A DNA stretch of 64,000 nt from a virus. The stretch covers positions 6,196 to 70,195 of the IMG/VR virus record IMGVR_UViG_3300030060_006317. One strand, given 5' to 3'. The notes under the pieces were generated by a model that searched no databases, was not told where the DNA came from, and was given only the letters and a program-made list of their open reading frames with translations. Positions 1 to 9,947 of this stretch are shown piece by piece. The stretch's first letter is position 1. The number at the start of each line of letters is the position of its first letter. The translations under genes and the position numbers were made by a program.

Positions 1-1
1 T

Positions 2-187
2 AACGTAACTCTAAACGCCTCTGACTTATTATCTCAAGCACAAGCAGAACAGACTGCATTAAGAGAAGAACTAAACAGACAACTTGATGAGATGTTGTAT
101 GCTAAAATTGCTGAGGTAGATAAAGGGATGGTTGATAACATGGATGCAATTGTTGCAAAAACCCCTCTTAAGATATTCGTGGGGTAA
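2..187 (+). CDS. Neck protein (T4 gp13-like), 3' end only
   Basis: Open frame from window start: NVTLNASDLLSQAQAEQTALREEL...PLKIFVG*, like the gp13 C-terminus; precedes gp14/gp15-like genes. Confidence 0.6.
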   Translation, partial: NVTLNASDLLSQAQAEQTALREELNRQLDEMLYAKIAEVDKGMVDNMDAIVAKTPLKIFVG

Positions 188-191
188 ATAA

Positions 192-677
192 ATGTCAAAA
201 TGGGAAAGACCAACTCAACCACCTCCTCCATTGTTTCTTGGAGAGAAGGAAAAAAATCTTGTTAAACAAGTTAATGATGAAATCATTGAAAGAGTTGTTG
301 GTCAACAAATTTTATACTTTCCAATAGACATGGAGACAACCAACTTCCATCCATTATACGGAGAAGCCATAGAAAAAAACTTTTTGCACCCCATTAGAGT
401 GTTTGCTCTTGTTGAATATCAAGGAGTTGAAACAAGCTTTATGGAAGGTGTTGGGATTGACAAGAAAACAGGACTAAAGGTCAACTTCCATAAGCGAAGA
501 CTGACCGAGGATCAGAATTTATTCGTTCGTGAAGGTGACTTCGTTCGTTATGGAAGTATTTATTATGAAATAGTTAAGATAAATGAGCCAAAACAACTTT
601 TTGGTCAAATTGACTCTAGATTTGAAGTCACTGCAGAGTGTATAAGAGCTAGAGATGGAGTTTTCAATGGCGAATAA
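192..677 (+). CDS. Neck/head-completion protein (T4 gp14-like)
   Basis: GQQILYFPID...HPLYGE...EGDFV..G..YYEIV pattern; position upstream of sheath. Confidence 0.65.
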   Translation: MSKWERPTQPPPPLFLGEKEKNLVKQVNDEIIERVVGQQILYFPIDMETTNFHPLYGEAIEKNFLHPIRVFALVEYQGVETSFMEGVGIDKKTGLKVNFHKRRLTEDQNLFVREGDFVRYGSIYYEIVKINEPKQLFGQIDSRFEVTAECIRARDGVFNGE

Positions 678-1506
678 AGAATACACACTTAATTCATCGA
701 CAATAGAGACAGTCGATATGGCCATATACAATCTTATAAATGAAGAATTTAATCTTCATACAAAAACAAATTCAGGCTTTAAAAAAGTTCCAGTTCTTTG
801 GATGTCACCAGAGAGATCTGTTAACTCTAAAGACAAAGACATTAGAGATTCGGTTGGTAAATTAAAATTACCCCTTATAACAGTGCAGAGAACTTCGTTT
901 AATAAAGACCCTGAGTTTAAAGGCGGTTGGCAAGCAAACCTTTTTCCAGAAAAGACTGGTCCTCGAGGATACAGAAAACATCAAAGGTTGGTTTCTAGAA
1001 AAATATCTCAAAAAACAACCAACAAGTTTGCAACAGCAACAGCAAAAGAAAAGTTTAACGACTTGAATTATCCACACAACAATAAGAAAGTTGTGTATGA
1101 AGAAACATTCATGCCAATACCAGTGTGGGTTACCGTAAATTACTCTGTAAATTTGAGAACAGAGTATCAACAGCAAATGAATGACTTAATGACACCCTTC
1201 GCAACAAGAACGGGGTTGATAAACTCTATATTTGCAGAGCACAATGGACACAGATATGAAACCTTTATACAAGGAGACTTCGCAGTGTCCGATAATGTCA
1301 ACAATCTAGCGGAAGAAGAACGCTCTTTTCAGACAAAAATAGACCTAAAGGTTCTTGGGTATCTCTTGGGAGATGGCGAGAATGAGGAGGCCCCAAAAGT
1401 AATTACGAAAGAAACAGTTGTCGAAGTAAAGCTTATAAGGGAAAGATCTATTGTTGGGCAAGAGAAACCGTGGGAAAATGACGATGATAGTTTTAGAGAG
1501 TTTTAG
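667..1506 (+). CDS. Tail terminator / sheath stabiliser (T4 gp15-like)
   Basis: KVPVLW.SPER, LKLPLITVQRT, PIPVWVTVNYSVNLRT.YQQQMNDL motifs; synteny; GGAG RBS before ATG 667. Confidence 0.65.
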   Translation: MANKEYTLNSSTIETVDMAIYNLINEEFNLHTKTNSGFKKVPVLWMSPERSVNSKDKDIRDSVGKLKLPLITVQRTSFNKDPEFKGGWQANLFPEKTGPRGYRKHQRLVSRKISQKTTNKFATATAKEKFNDLNYPHNNKKVVYEETFMPIPVWVTVNYSVNLRTEYQQQMNDLMTPFATRTGLINSIFAEHNGHRYETFIQGDFAVSDNVNNLAEEERSFQTKIDLKVLGYLLGDGENEEAPKVITKETVVEVKLIRERSIVGQEKPWENDDDSFREF

Positions 1507-1525
1507 TACTTTGAGTTCTAGGGCG

Positions 1526-1533
1526 ACTATTTA
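1526..1533 (+). promoter_or_regulatory. Putative late promoter motif ACTATTTA
   Basis: Intergenic, 41 nt before sheath ATG; same motif recurs before other late-type genes. Confidence 0.55.
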
Positions 1534-1566
1534 TTAGGAAAATGAATTTATTAAGGAGATAAATCG

Positions 1567-4500
1567 ATGGCTACAAAATTTGATTTTCTTTCACCAGGTG
1601 TAAATATCCGTGAAATTGACCAAAGTTTCATCCCAGCGCAAGCTGATGCTTTGGGACCTATTATTATTGGTAGAACCAGAAAAGGACCTGCTAATAAGCC
1701 AGTAAAGGTTAGGAATTTAGACGACTATGTGTCGGTATTCGGATTACCAGTTGCTGGTGGAAATGGAGTTCAAGGTGATATATGGAGAGAGGGCAACACT
1801 GTTGGACCCACATATGCATCTTACGCTGCGCAAGCATGGTTGGCATCCGAAGAGTCTCCTATAACAGTTGTTAGAATCGCTGGTGAGCAACACTCATCAA
1901 TTGATACTGGTGGAGAAGCTGGTTGGCAAGTTGGCGCGGCACCTATTGGAGCCACCGGTCACAACTCAACCGCTTATGGTCTATTTCTTTGTGATGAGGC
2001 TGATGGTGGTCAAGCCACAGCAGTTACACTCGCAGCAGGTAGCGGATTCAATGCCAATACAATCGGTGATGGATCTGGAGCTTTCACAAACTTTAAACTA
2101 AGAGTTATTCAGGGAACCGCAGGAGCTTCCTTGCATACTGCGGCAACATCTGGTGCTGGTTTAAAGTTTGAGGTCATTTTTAATGATGCTCTGGAATCAA
2201 TTACGTCTATCTCTAGAGATGCAACAGGTGGTTCTGGTGGGGTTCCATTGATTACTCTCGGTATGGTTAGTAGCGGGGGGACAATTGCAAATGTTATGTC
2301 TCAAATTGAAGCAGCATTTGATTTGGCTATAAGTAGCGGTGATATTACCAATGTATCTGTTGCCAACAAAGGTTCCACTTTAGAGATTTTTAACTTAGAC
2401 ACTTCAGGTCCTATGTTAGTAATTACAGATTTCAGAGCTGGTGGTCACATTAAAGGTACAGGTATTGAAGGTGACGGAGCTGATGCCGTCTCTGCTCAAG
2501 ATTTAGACGCCGGAGACAGAACGAAGTCAGCAGGTGCCTTAGCAGCCACAAGTGCCGTTTCAAAAGGCTCTCTTGCTGCAGTATTCTACTCTGTAACCGG
2601 TGCTTTGGCATTGTCAGGTACAGTCGTGGACGCCGGAGCTGCTGGAACTGTAGCTGCTGGTACCATGATGGAATCTGCTGGAGCTAGTGGACAATTTAAC
2701 TTAGTAGCTTATGATGAATCTGGAGCTATCAAAGATGATTTAGCTTTTAATTTATCGAGAAATAGTTCAAATTATATTAGAAAGGTGTTTAACACAAACC
2801 CACAACTTACCAATACTGCAATGTATGACGCTGCAGATCAAAAAACATATTGGCTAGGAGAATCATTCTTGGATCATTATGAATCAAATGTTAGCGGTAC
2901 CGTTGCAGAAAACATATACGGTATACTCTTACCTCTTGGTACAGGACTTACCGCTGGGGCTAACTGGGGTTATCACAGATACGGCGCTAGAGAGGCGAAA
3001 TCAGGATGGGTATTCTCAGATAAGTCAACAAATGAACAAAAACTATTCAGATTTAAGTCTTTACACGTTGGAATCGACATTCAAAAAGATTACTTAATTG
3101 CAATTGAAGACATTAAAGAAACTTCAAATTCAAACGTTAATGCTTTTGGGTCTTTCACAGTTTGCATCAAAAGCGTGACTGGTGATACAGTTGAAAAATA
3201 TAGCGGATGTAACTTAAATCCTGCTTCTCCAAACTATGTTGCTGCTAGAATTGGTGATCAATATCAAGTATGGAGCGACCAAGATAAAAGATATAGAACT
3301 TATGGAGATTTCAAAAATCAATCTAATATTTTCTACATTGAAGTATCTGACGTTGTAGAGAACGGTGGGGCAAGTACTTTATTACCAGCTGGTTTTTATG
3401 GACCAGTTCGACCAAAAGGTTTCCAAATTTTAACTGGGGATGCACAATACAAATCCTTCGATGGTAGCGCTGATTTTACCGGTGCAGCTGTTCAAAGTGG
3501 TGAAGATGCTACCCTTTTCAAAGGACACACAGGAACTGCTGGACAAGTGGCAAACCTAGGAAGCTTAGTTAGTGCACAATTTGAATTCCCTAAATTGAGA
3601 ATGCGAGATAATGGCTCTGATGGTGGCGCTTCTGATCAAGCGAGAACATATTGGGGAGTTCGCCCGAAAGTTTCCGCTCGATCAAATCAACATGATCCAG
3701 ATTATATTGATTATTTAAGACCGCTTGGTATGGGATTAAATGAGGCAGATAGCCACATCCCAGCTAATTCAAATTTTGAATACTCATTCATCTTCTCTCT
3801 TGATGATGTAAAAGGAACAGTAGCAAGTGGCGTTTGGACTTGGGCATCTGGTAATTATGATGCTGGTCTATCCTTTACTTCTATTGGTGGTCAAACTTAT
3901 GGTGGACTTTTAGATGCAAATGTTAGACAATTTATCATGCCAGTATGGGGTGGTTCTGAAGGATTTGACATCAAAGAAATGGAACCACTAAGAAATGAAT
4001 TGATTACTGATGCTACTTTCTCAGAAAAAGCTAACTATGTTGATTACTCAATTTCAAAAGCTTTAGATTCAATCGCGGATTCAGAATTGGTTCCAGCTAA
4101 CTTATTAGTTGCTCCTGGTCTATGGAGACGCTCTGTAACAGACAAGATGATCGATATTTCAGAAAATAGAAGAGATATTCTTTCAATCATCGACATCCAA
4201 GGCGACTATCGTCCAAGAGTTGAAGTTAATAATACTGCGGAAAATAGACTTGGATCAGTAACAGATGCTATCACTAATTTAAAAACTAGAAGTCTTAATT
4301 CCTCATATGCTTGTGCATTCTATCCATCAGTACAAATTGCTGATAATCTAAATGGAAGCAAGCTAGTGTGGATTCCTTCCTCTGTGGCAGCCCTAGGTGG
4401 CATGGCACGTTCCCAAGCACAATCAGACGTATGGTTTGCGCCTGCTGGGTTTAATCGAGGAGGATTAGGGTCTCTCGGAGGTTCAAGAGGACCTAGAGTT

Positions 4501-4953
4501 ATCCAAGCTCGTCAGAGGCTGGACTCTAAAGAAAGAGACTTGCTATACGAACAAAACATTAATCCCGTTGCAACATTCCCCAATGAAGGAGTTGTTATCT
4601 TCGGACAAAAAACATTACAAGCAGAAGATTCAGCATTAGACAGAATCAACGTTAGACGTCTAGTATTAGACTTAAAAGCTAAAGTTGGCGATGTTGCGAA
4701 GAACTTGTTGTTTGATCAAAATTTAGAATCAACTTGGTTGAGATTTAAATCACAAGTAGAGCCAATTTTGTCTTCTACTCAAGCTAGATTTGGATTATCT
4801 GACTATAAATTAGTTCTAGACTCGACAACAACGACTGCTGACTTGATAGATCGTAACATTATGTACGCAAAAATCTTTATTAAACCTGCTCGCGCTATTG
4901 AATACATTGTTGTTGACTTTGTAATCACAAAGACTGGTGCAGATTTTGTATAA
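1567..4953 (+). CDS. Contractile tail sheath protein (gp18-like)
   Basis: N-terminal FLSPGVNIREID, C-terminal WFAPAGFNRG...INPVATFP...FGQKTLQ...SALDRINVRRL...IKPARAIEYIVVDF. Confidence 0.95.
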   Translation: MATKFDFLSPGVNIREIDQSFIPAQADALGPIIIGRTRKGPANKPVKVRNLDDYVSVFGLPVAGGNGVQGDIWREGNTVGPTYASYAAQAWLASEESPITVVRIAGEQHSSIDTGGEAGWQVGAAPIGATGHNSTAYGLFLCDEADGGQATAVTLAAGSGFNANTIGDGSGAFTNFKLRVIQGTAGASLHTAATSGAGLKFEVIFNDALESITSISRDATGGSGGVPLITLGMVSSGGTIANVMSQIEAAFDLAISSGDITNVSVANKGSTLEIFNLDTSGPMLVITDFRAGGHIKGTGIEGDGADAVSAQDLDAGDRTKSAGALAATSAVSKGSLAAVFYSVTGALALSGTVVDAGAAGTVAAGTMMESAGASGQFNLVAYDESGAIKDDLAFNLSRNSSNYIRKVFNTNPQLTNTAMYDAADQKTYWLGESFLDHYESNVSGTVAENIYGILLPLGTGLTAGANWGYHRYGAREAKSGWVFSDKSTNEQKLFRFKSLHVGIDIQKDYLIAIEDIKETSNSNVNAFGSFTVCIKSVTGDTVEKYSGCNLNPASPNYVAARIGDQYQVWSDQDKRYRTYGDFKNQSNIFYIEVSDVVENGGASTLLPAGFYGPVRPKGFQILTGDAQYKSFDGSADFTGAAVQSGEDATLFKGHTGTAGQVANLGSLVSAQFEFPKLRMRDNGSDGGASDQARTYWGVRPKVSARSNQHDPDYIDYLRPLGMGLNEADSHIPANSNFEYSFIFSLDDVKGTVASGVWTWASGNYDAGLSFTSIGGQTYGGLLDANVRQFIMPVWGGSEGFDIKEMEPLRNELITDATFSEKANYVDYSISKALDSIADSELVPANLLVAPGLWRRSVTDKMIDISENRRDILSIIDIQGDYRPRVEVNNTAENRLGSVTDAITNLKTRSLNSSYACAFYPSVQIADNLNGSKLVWIPSSVAALGGMARSQAQSDVWFAPAGFNRGGLGSLGGSRGPRVIQARQRLDSKERDLLYEQNINPVATFPNEGVVIFGQKTLQAEDSALDRINVRRLVLDLKAKVGDVAKNLLFDQNLESTWLRFKSQVEPILSSTQARFGLSDYKLVLDSTTTTADLIDRNIMYAKIFIKPARAIEYIVVDFVITKTGADFV

Positions 4954-4956
4954 TCT

Positions 4957-4964
4957 ACTAATTA
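4957..4964 (+). promoter_or_regulatory. Putative late promoter motif ACTAATTA
   Basis: Intergenic, 32 nt before tail tube ATG. Confidence 0.5.
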
Positions 4965-4988
4965 TGAATATAACAGGAGAACTTAATT

Positions 4989-5603
4989 ATGTCATTTTGG
5001 AGTGAAAGCGCCAGCGCAGTGGGGGAAAGCAAGGACCCTAAAAGAAATTTTAGATTTCAAGTTACCTTTACTGGTTTATCTACTGGGAGAGTATGGTTCG
5101 CTAAAAAAGTTGGAAAACCTAATTTTACAATTACGGAGTCCACACATGACTTCTTTAATCACAAATTCTACTACCCAGGTCGAGTCGAATGGCAACCAAT
5201 CCAGTTGACTTTAGTTGACCCAGTAGATCCGAACATTGATACTGCGGCACAAATGTCTGCCCTAGTTGAAGCGGCTGGGTATGAAATCCCTGCCAACTCA
5301 ACTACCCCTTTGAGATCTATGTCAAAAGGTAAGGCAGTAGATGCAATTGGTGCAATTACAATTGCTCAATTGGATGCAGATGGAAATGAGATAGAAACTT
5401 GGACCCTAACCAACCCATTCATTAAAACATTGAAGTTCGGAGACTTGGATTACTCAAGTGATGACTTGACTGAAATGGAAATGGAAATTAGATACGACTT
5501 TGCAACATGGACTTCCACTGCAGCCGGATCTAAAAATATGGGTACACCAAGTCAAAATATGGCTCCTAAAACTGAGGGCTTCTTTGGCCCCAAGAACAGC
5601 TAA
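4989..5603 (+). CDS. Tail tube protein (gp19-like)
   Basis: DPKRNFRF, YYPGRVEWQPIQLTLVDP, QLDADGNEIETWTL.NPFIK..KFGDLDYS; follows sheath. Confidence 0.9.
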   Translation: MSFWSESASAVGESKDPKRNFRFQVTFTGLSTGRVWFAKKVGKPNFTITESTHDFFNHKFYYPGRVEWQPIQLTLVDPVDPNIDTAAQMSALVEAAGYEIPANSTTPLRSMSKGKAVDAIGAITIAQLDADGNEIETWTLTNPFIKTLKFGDLDYSSDDLTEMEMEIRYDFATWTSTAAGSKNMGTPSQNMAPKTEGFFGPKNS

Positions 5604-5611
5604 GGTGAGCG

Positions 5612-6268
5612 ATGTCTTTCTGGACTTTAAAGTCATTTGAGCCGAAGACTAAATCTAAATTTATTGTTAATTTAGGTGGAGACTTTTTTATAACAGTTAA
5701 GTCTGTTACGAAGCCTAAATTAACAATAGAAACTCAAGAATATAGAATGATAAATCATTTCTATAAATTTCCAACGCTTGCAAAATGGGAACCAATCGAG
5801 CTAATTTTAATAGATGCTTTTGGTGAAAAACAAGAAGGCGAATCTTTTAATGATAAGCAAAGCACAAACACTGCTGCTTTTTTATCAGCTTTAGCAAACA
5901 AAATAGGATACGTTGGCAATGATCATCAATCATTTGATGAAAATGCTGGAAGCTTCAGTAGTAAATATTCAGTAGAAAGTTTAGATTCAATCTCAAAAGA
6001 AGCCTCCGCTTTAGCTTTCACATCAAATGGATCCTCAGGTGATCCAATCATAAAAATACAACAACTCAACTCAGAAGGAAAAGTAATCGAAGAGTGGTCT
6101 ATATTTAATCCTGTCATAAAATCTTTAGAGTGGGGAGACCTGCAATATGGATCGGATGATGTTGTTGAATATAAACTTAGCCTTGAATACGACTACGCCA
6201 AATTTAAATCCGGTGATGGAACAGAAAAACCTACGCAGGGTGGAAATTCAACAAACATATATAATTAA
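5612..6268 (+). CDS. Second tail-tube-fold protein (tube paralogue / tube initiator)
   Basis: Same pattern as previous gene: MSFW, EPK, KWEPIELILID, QQLNSEGKVIEEWSIFNP..K..WGDLQY. Confidence 0.8.
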   Translation: MSFWTLKSFEPKTKSKFIVNLGGDFFITVKSVTKPKLTIETQEYRMINHFYKFPTLAKWEPIELILIDAFGEKQEGESFNDKQSTNTAAFLSALANKIGYVGNDHQSFDENAGSFSSKYSVESLDSISKEASALAFTSNGSSGDPIIKIQQLNSEGKVIEEWSIFNPVIKSLEWGDLQYGSDDVVEYKLSLEYDYAKFKSGDGTEKPTQGGNSTNIYN

Positions 6269-6282
6269 TACTCGAGGTGTAA

Positions 6283-7113
6283 ATGAGAAGAAATAATGAA
6301 GAACGGGCGATGGGCGGTCACAAACCACCTCCATCAGAAGACGTTCCACAAATGGCAAATCCAATGGATTTTGTTGCTCCAACCGAATGGGTAGAGCTAC
6401 CTTCAAAGGGAAAGTATCCCGACGGGCATCCGCTCCATGGTCAAGACTCAATTGAAATTAAGTACATGACAGCTAGGGATGAAGATATCCTTACAAACAG
6501 AGATTTGCTTAAGAAAGGTTTGGCAATTGACAGATTGATCTCTAATTTAATTAAAGATAAATCTATTGATTCAAAATATCTCTATGTTGGAGATAGAAAT
6601 GCAATTATGTTGTATGCAAGGGTTTCCGCTTATGGAGCAGATTATAAAACAAAAATAAACTGTCCTAATTGCGGAGAACAAAATAAATGTACATTTGATC
6701 TTCAAAGTCACGATGTTAATGAAGTGAATATAGAAGATACCTCTATTGAGAGAGTTGGTGATGGAACATTTGTAGTTGAACTTCCAATGTCTAAAATGCA
6801 TGCCTGCATCAGACCCCTACTTGGACGTGATGAAATGGAAATCATTAAAGAGTCAAAGGGTGGAAAAATGGACAACCTTATAACAAAACAAATGAAAAGA
6901 TTTGTAGTTGCTTTTAATGGCTACGAAGACCCTAAGACCATAAATTATGTTTGTGATAACATGGTTGCAACCGACTCAAGGTTTCTGAGAGATTGTTTTA
7001 TGTTAATATCTCCGGATATTTCAGTTAAAGACAACTTTGAATGCAAAGAGTGCGGCCATGAGGAGGTTATGCTGGTTCCTTTTGGGGCCGACTTTTTTTG
7101 GCCTGAACGCTGA
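6283..7113 (+). CDS. Baseplate hub assembly / tail assembly chaperone (gp26-like)
   Basis: VELPSKGKYP, MTARDEDILT, GDRNAI, two CxxC pairs, terminal FFWP; upstream of tape measure. Confidence 0.75.
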   Translation: MRRNNEERAMGGHKPPPSEDVPQMANPMDFVAPTEWVELPSKGKYPDGHPLHGQDSIEIKYMTARDEDILTNRDLLKKGLAIDRLISNLIKDKSIDSKYLYVGDRNAIMLYARVSAYGADYKTKINCPNCGEQNKCTFDLQSHDVNEVNIEDTSIERVGDGTFVVELPMSKMHACIRPLLGRDEMEIIKESKGGKMDNLITKQMKRFVVAFNGYEDPKTINYVCDNMVATDSRFLRDCFMLISPDISVKDNFECKECGHEEVMLVPFGADFFWPER

Positions 7114-7117
7114 GTAT

Positions 7118-7282
7118 ATGGAAAGTGTCTATGAGGCATTCTTTATTCTAAAACACTATGGCGGTTGGTCTTTGTATGAACTTTATAACCTACCAGTCGG
7201 TTTAAGAAAATGGTGGCTTGATAGAACAATCGAAGAATACGAAAAAGAAGCAAAAGAAGCCAAGAAAGCTAGAGGCAAGTAA
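7118..7282 (+). CDS. Small tail assembly protein (gp51-like); probably also the frameshift extension of the upstream gene
   Basis: VYEAFFILKHYGGWSLYELYNLPVGLRKWWL; frame open back across the T7 run at 7093-7099. Confidence 0.65.
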   Translation: MESVYEAFFILKHYGGWSLYELYNLPVGLRKWWLDRTIEEYEKEAKEAKKARGK

Positions 7283-7284
7283 TC

Positions 7285-7314
7285 AATGCTCGGAGAAATC
7301 CGAGCATTTTGTTT
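7285..7314 (+). terminator. Rho-independent terminator
   Basis: AATGCTCGGA-GAAA-TCCGAGCATT followed by TTGTTT. Confidence 0.8.
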
Positions 7315-7319
7315 ATGAA

Positions 7320-7327
7320 ACTAATTA
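7320..7327 (+). promoter_or_regulatory. Putative late promoter motif ACTAATTA
   Basis: Directly after the terminator, 30 nt before tape measure ATG. Confidence 0.55.
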
Positions 7328-7349
7328 ATGAATATACGAGGATTTATTA

Positions 7350-9947
7350 ATGAGCGTACCACCAGGAGGTGGCGGAACAGTTCCACCGCCAACACCACCA
7401 ACCAGTCCAACTCCGGAAGCAGAGAATAGAGCAGAGCAAGAAGCTGCTGCTAATGCTCAGGTTGGTCAAATTATCGCTCAATCCGTTGAAAGGGAAAAAG
7501 AACTAAACAGAATCATGGAGGAGCGCCTCGGATTAATTGGTTCGACTGGTGAAGCTAGACTTAAACTCTTGGAACAAGAAGGCGACTTGTTAACCAAAGC
7601 TGTTATTTCAATTCAAAAAGCTGGCGATGGGTACAAAGACAACGTAGAAAACATTAAATCAATCATTAAAGAAATGGGGACTCTCAGCGAGGCGAGATCT
7701 AAGGAACTGCAAGAAGCCATTGAATCCGCTGAAACTCAACAGGACCAACTTGATATAATTCAAAAACAACTTGGTGTCATGGAAGATATCAAAAATACGC
7801 AACAAGAAATAAATAACGTAACAAATTCTGTTGCTTCAAAATTTGGACTTGCTTCAAAAACATCAGAGACGCTTCTTGGTAGAACTGTATTGTTAGGTCA
7901 CCAACTAAAAAAGATGGGAGGGGAACAAGGTGCCCAGGGCGTCGCCCTTGGATTGTATTCAGCAACTCAAGAAGCTTTCGGATTAGAAAAAATTCTAGCC
8001 TCAATCGTTGAGGAAGCCGTAAAACTTACTCTTGAATTAGATAAGGCAGCTAAATCTTTTGGAAAAGCGACTGGATTTGACACAGCAGGTGTTAACGACC
8101 AATTATTGGAAGCATCGAGATCAGGCGTTAAAGCCGCTGTTACACTTAGTGACGCAGGAAAATCTTTTGAAGCTTTAGCATCAGGGATGTCTAGTTTTAA
8201 AATGGGCTCTGTCGCTACAAACAACTCTTTAATAGAAACTGTCTCCTTATTAGATGCATTTGGAATATCAACCAATGATTCAGTAAAATCTTTGGACTTT
8301 CTAGTAACGGCTCTCGGAAGAACAGAAAAGCAAGCGGAAAATACAACCATGGCCATAGCCACAATGGGTAGATCCATAAATGTTAGTGGTACAAAAATGA
8401 TTAGCGACTTTAACAGTAATGCTGGAAAACTTATAGGTTTTGGATCTAAAATGGAACAAGTGTTTAAAAACTTAGCCGTTCAATCAAAACTTACTGGGAT
8501 TGAAATGGGAACATTGATATCTACTGCAGAAAAATTTGATACTTTTGAAGGAGCAACAAAACAAGTTGCGCAAATGAACGCTGTTTTAGGCACCAACATG
8601 AGCTCTATGGAAATGATGAACATGAGTCATGATGAGAGAATAGATAGAATTAGACAAGAAGTAAAAGCATCCGTTGGAAATTTCAACACTCTTGACCGCT
8701 ATACTCAAATGTATATCCAAAATGCAATGGGTGTCAATTCTCTTGAGGAGGCATCTAGATTATTAAACATGTCTCAATCAGAGTATTTTGACAATCAATC
8801 AAAAATGCAAGCAGCAGCAGACACACAAGAAAAGTTAGCAGAAATGGCAGCAGAGTACGTTCCTTTACTTGAACAAATGAAGCTGCATTTTATGGAGATA
8901 GTTAGAACACTTGATCCTTTAATAAAAGGTTTTAGTGCTACCCTTGAACTTTTTGCAAAGTCACCAGCAATCCTATATACTCTCGTGGGAGCGCTTGCAG
9001 TTGGAAGAATTGCCATGTTAATGTTTGGAGCCTCTGCAGGATTCGCACAAGCCCAAATGGGACTTATTGGTCTATCAATTAAGTTACTCATGGTTGCATT
9101 CGCTCTATTGGTAGGTGAACAGTCGATGACGAATATTGGACTATTCATAGCTGGGTTGATATTATTATATGTGGCGTTTAGACTCCTAAGAAAGGAAACA
9201 GATAATACCACTTTTGGATTTAAACTTTTGGCTAAAGTATTTGCTAAAAAAATTAACCCTCCGATGATTGCTGCGTTTGCATTTATGGCTGTTGGAGTTG
9301 TCGCGTTGGCATTAGCGTTAAGATTAGTCAAGGGACAAGTTATGTTAGCAGCGATAGCTATGGCCTTGTTGGCAGGAGCATTTGCACTTGCATTCTATGG
9401 ATTCGCAGCAATGACAGGTGCCTTAAATGAACTTATCAAAACATTTATTGAGAGCGTTGATGTACTGCCAAAAGTGGCAGTTGGAATGTATCTTATAGCT
9501 GGAGCTATGTTGGCAATGGGAATGGCAGCAATGGTAAGTGCTAGCTCTATGTTGATGTTTCTAACTGGTTTAGCCGCGATAGGTGCAATTGTAATGATCG
9601 CAACAGGGGTTACTGCATTGGGATCTCTTGGAGAATCAATGGACGCAATCGGATCAGGTATGGAAAGGTTTGCCAGCGGTTTGGCTCAAGTTGTTTCAAT
9701 ATCAAAAGAACTTTCTGGTTTAAGTGAAAATTCATTTATGGCATTTTCTGCTAAAGGCTCAGAAACAAGTGCAATTATATCATCAAACGACTTAATAAAA
9801 ACGGCAGTATCAGGAAAAATCAAAGTTGATGTCAATATTCCTGAGATAAAAAGTCCAACAGTAAATCTTAGCGTTTATCTAAACGGATTCAAGTTAGATA
9901 CAAGTGGAGATAGTGATATAGCGAGAGTTGTTGTAGGAGCATCATAA
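7350..9947 (+). CDS. Tail tape measure protein
   Basis: 865 aa, helical/coiled-coil, Ala/Gly-rich, hydrophobic C-terminal segments, FDTFEGA..QVAQMNAVLG; follows chaperone pair. Confidence 0.85.
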   Translation: MSVPPGGGGTVPPPTPPTSPTPEAENRAEQEAAANAQVGQIIAQSVEREKELNRIMEERLGLIGSTGEARLKLLEQEGDLLTKAVISIQKAGDGYKDNVENIKSIIKEMGTLSEARSKELQEAIESAETQQDQLDIIQKQLGVMEDIKNTQQEINNVTNSVASKFGLASKTSETLLGRTVLLGHQLKKMGGEQGAQGVALGLYSATQEAFGLEKILASIVEEAVKLTLELDKAAKSFGKATGFDTAGVNDQLLEASRSGVKAAVTLSDAGKSFEALASGMSSFKMGSVATNNSLIETVSLLDAFGISTNDSVKSLDFLVTALGRTEKQAENTTMAIATMGRSINVSGTKMISDFNSNAGKLIGFGSKMEQVFKNLAVQSKLTGIEMGTLISTAEKFDTFEGATKQVAQMNAVLGTNMSSMEMMNMSHDERIDRIRQEVKASVGNFNTLDRYTQMYIQNAMGVNSLEEASRLLNMSQSEYFDNQSKMQAAADTQEKLAEMAAEYVPLLEQMKLHFMEIVRTLDPLIKGFSATLELFAKSPAILYTLVGALAVGRIAMLMFGASAGFAQAQMGLIGLSIKLLMVAFALLVGEQSMTNIGLFIAGLILLYVAFRLLRKETDNTTFGFKLLAKVFAKKINPPMIAAFAFMAVGVVALALALRLVKGQVMLAAIAMALLAGAFALAFYGFAAMTGALNELIKTFIESVDVLPKVAVGMYLIAGAMLAMGMAAMVSASSMLMFLTGLAAIGAIVMIATGVTALGSLGESMDAIGSGMERFASGLAQVVSISKELSGLSENSFMAFSAKGSETSAIISSNDLIKTAVSGKIKVDVNIPEIKSPTVNLSVYLNGFKLDTSGDSDIARVVVGAS

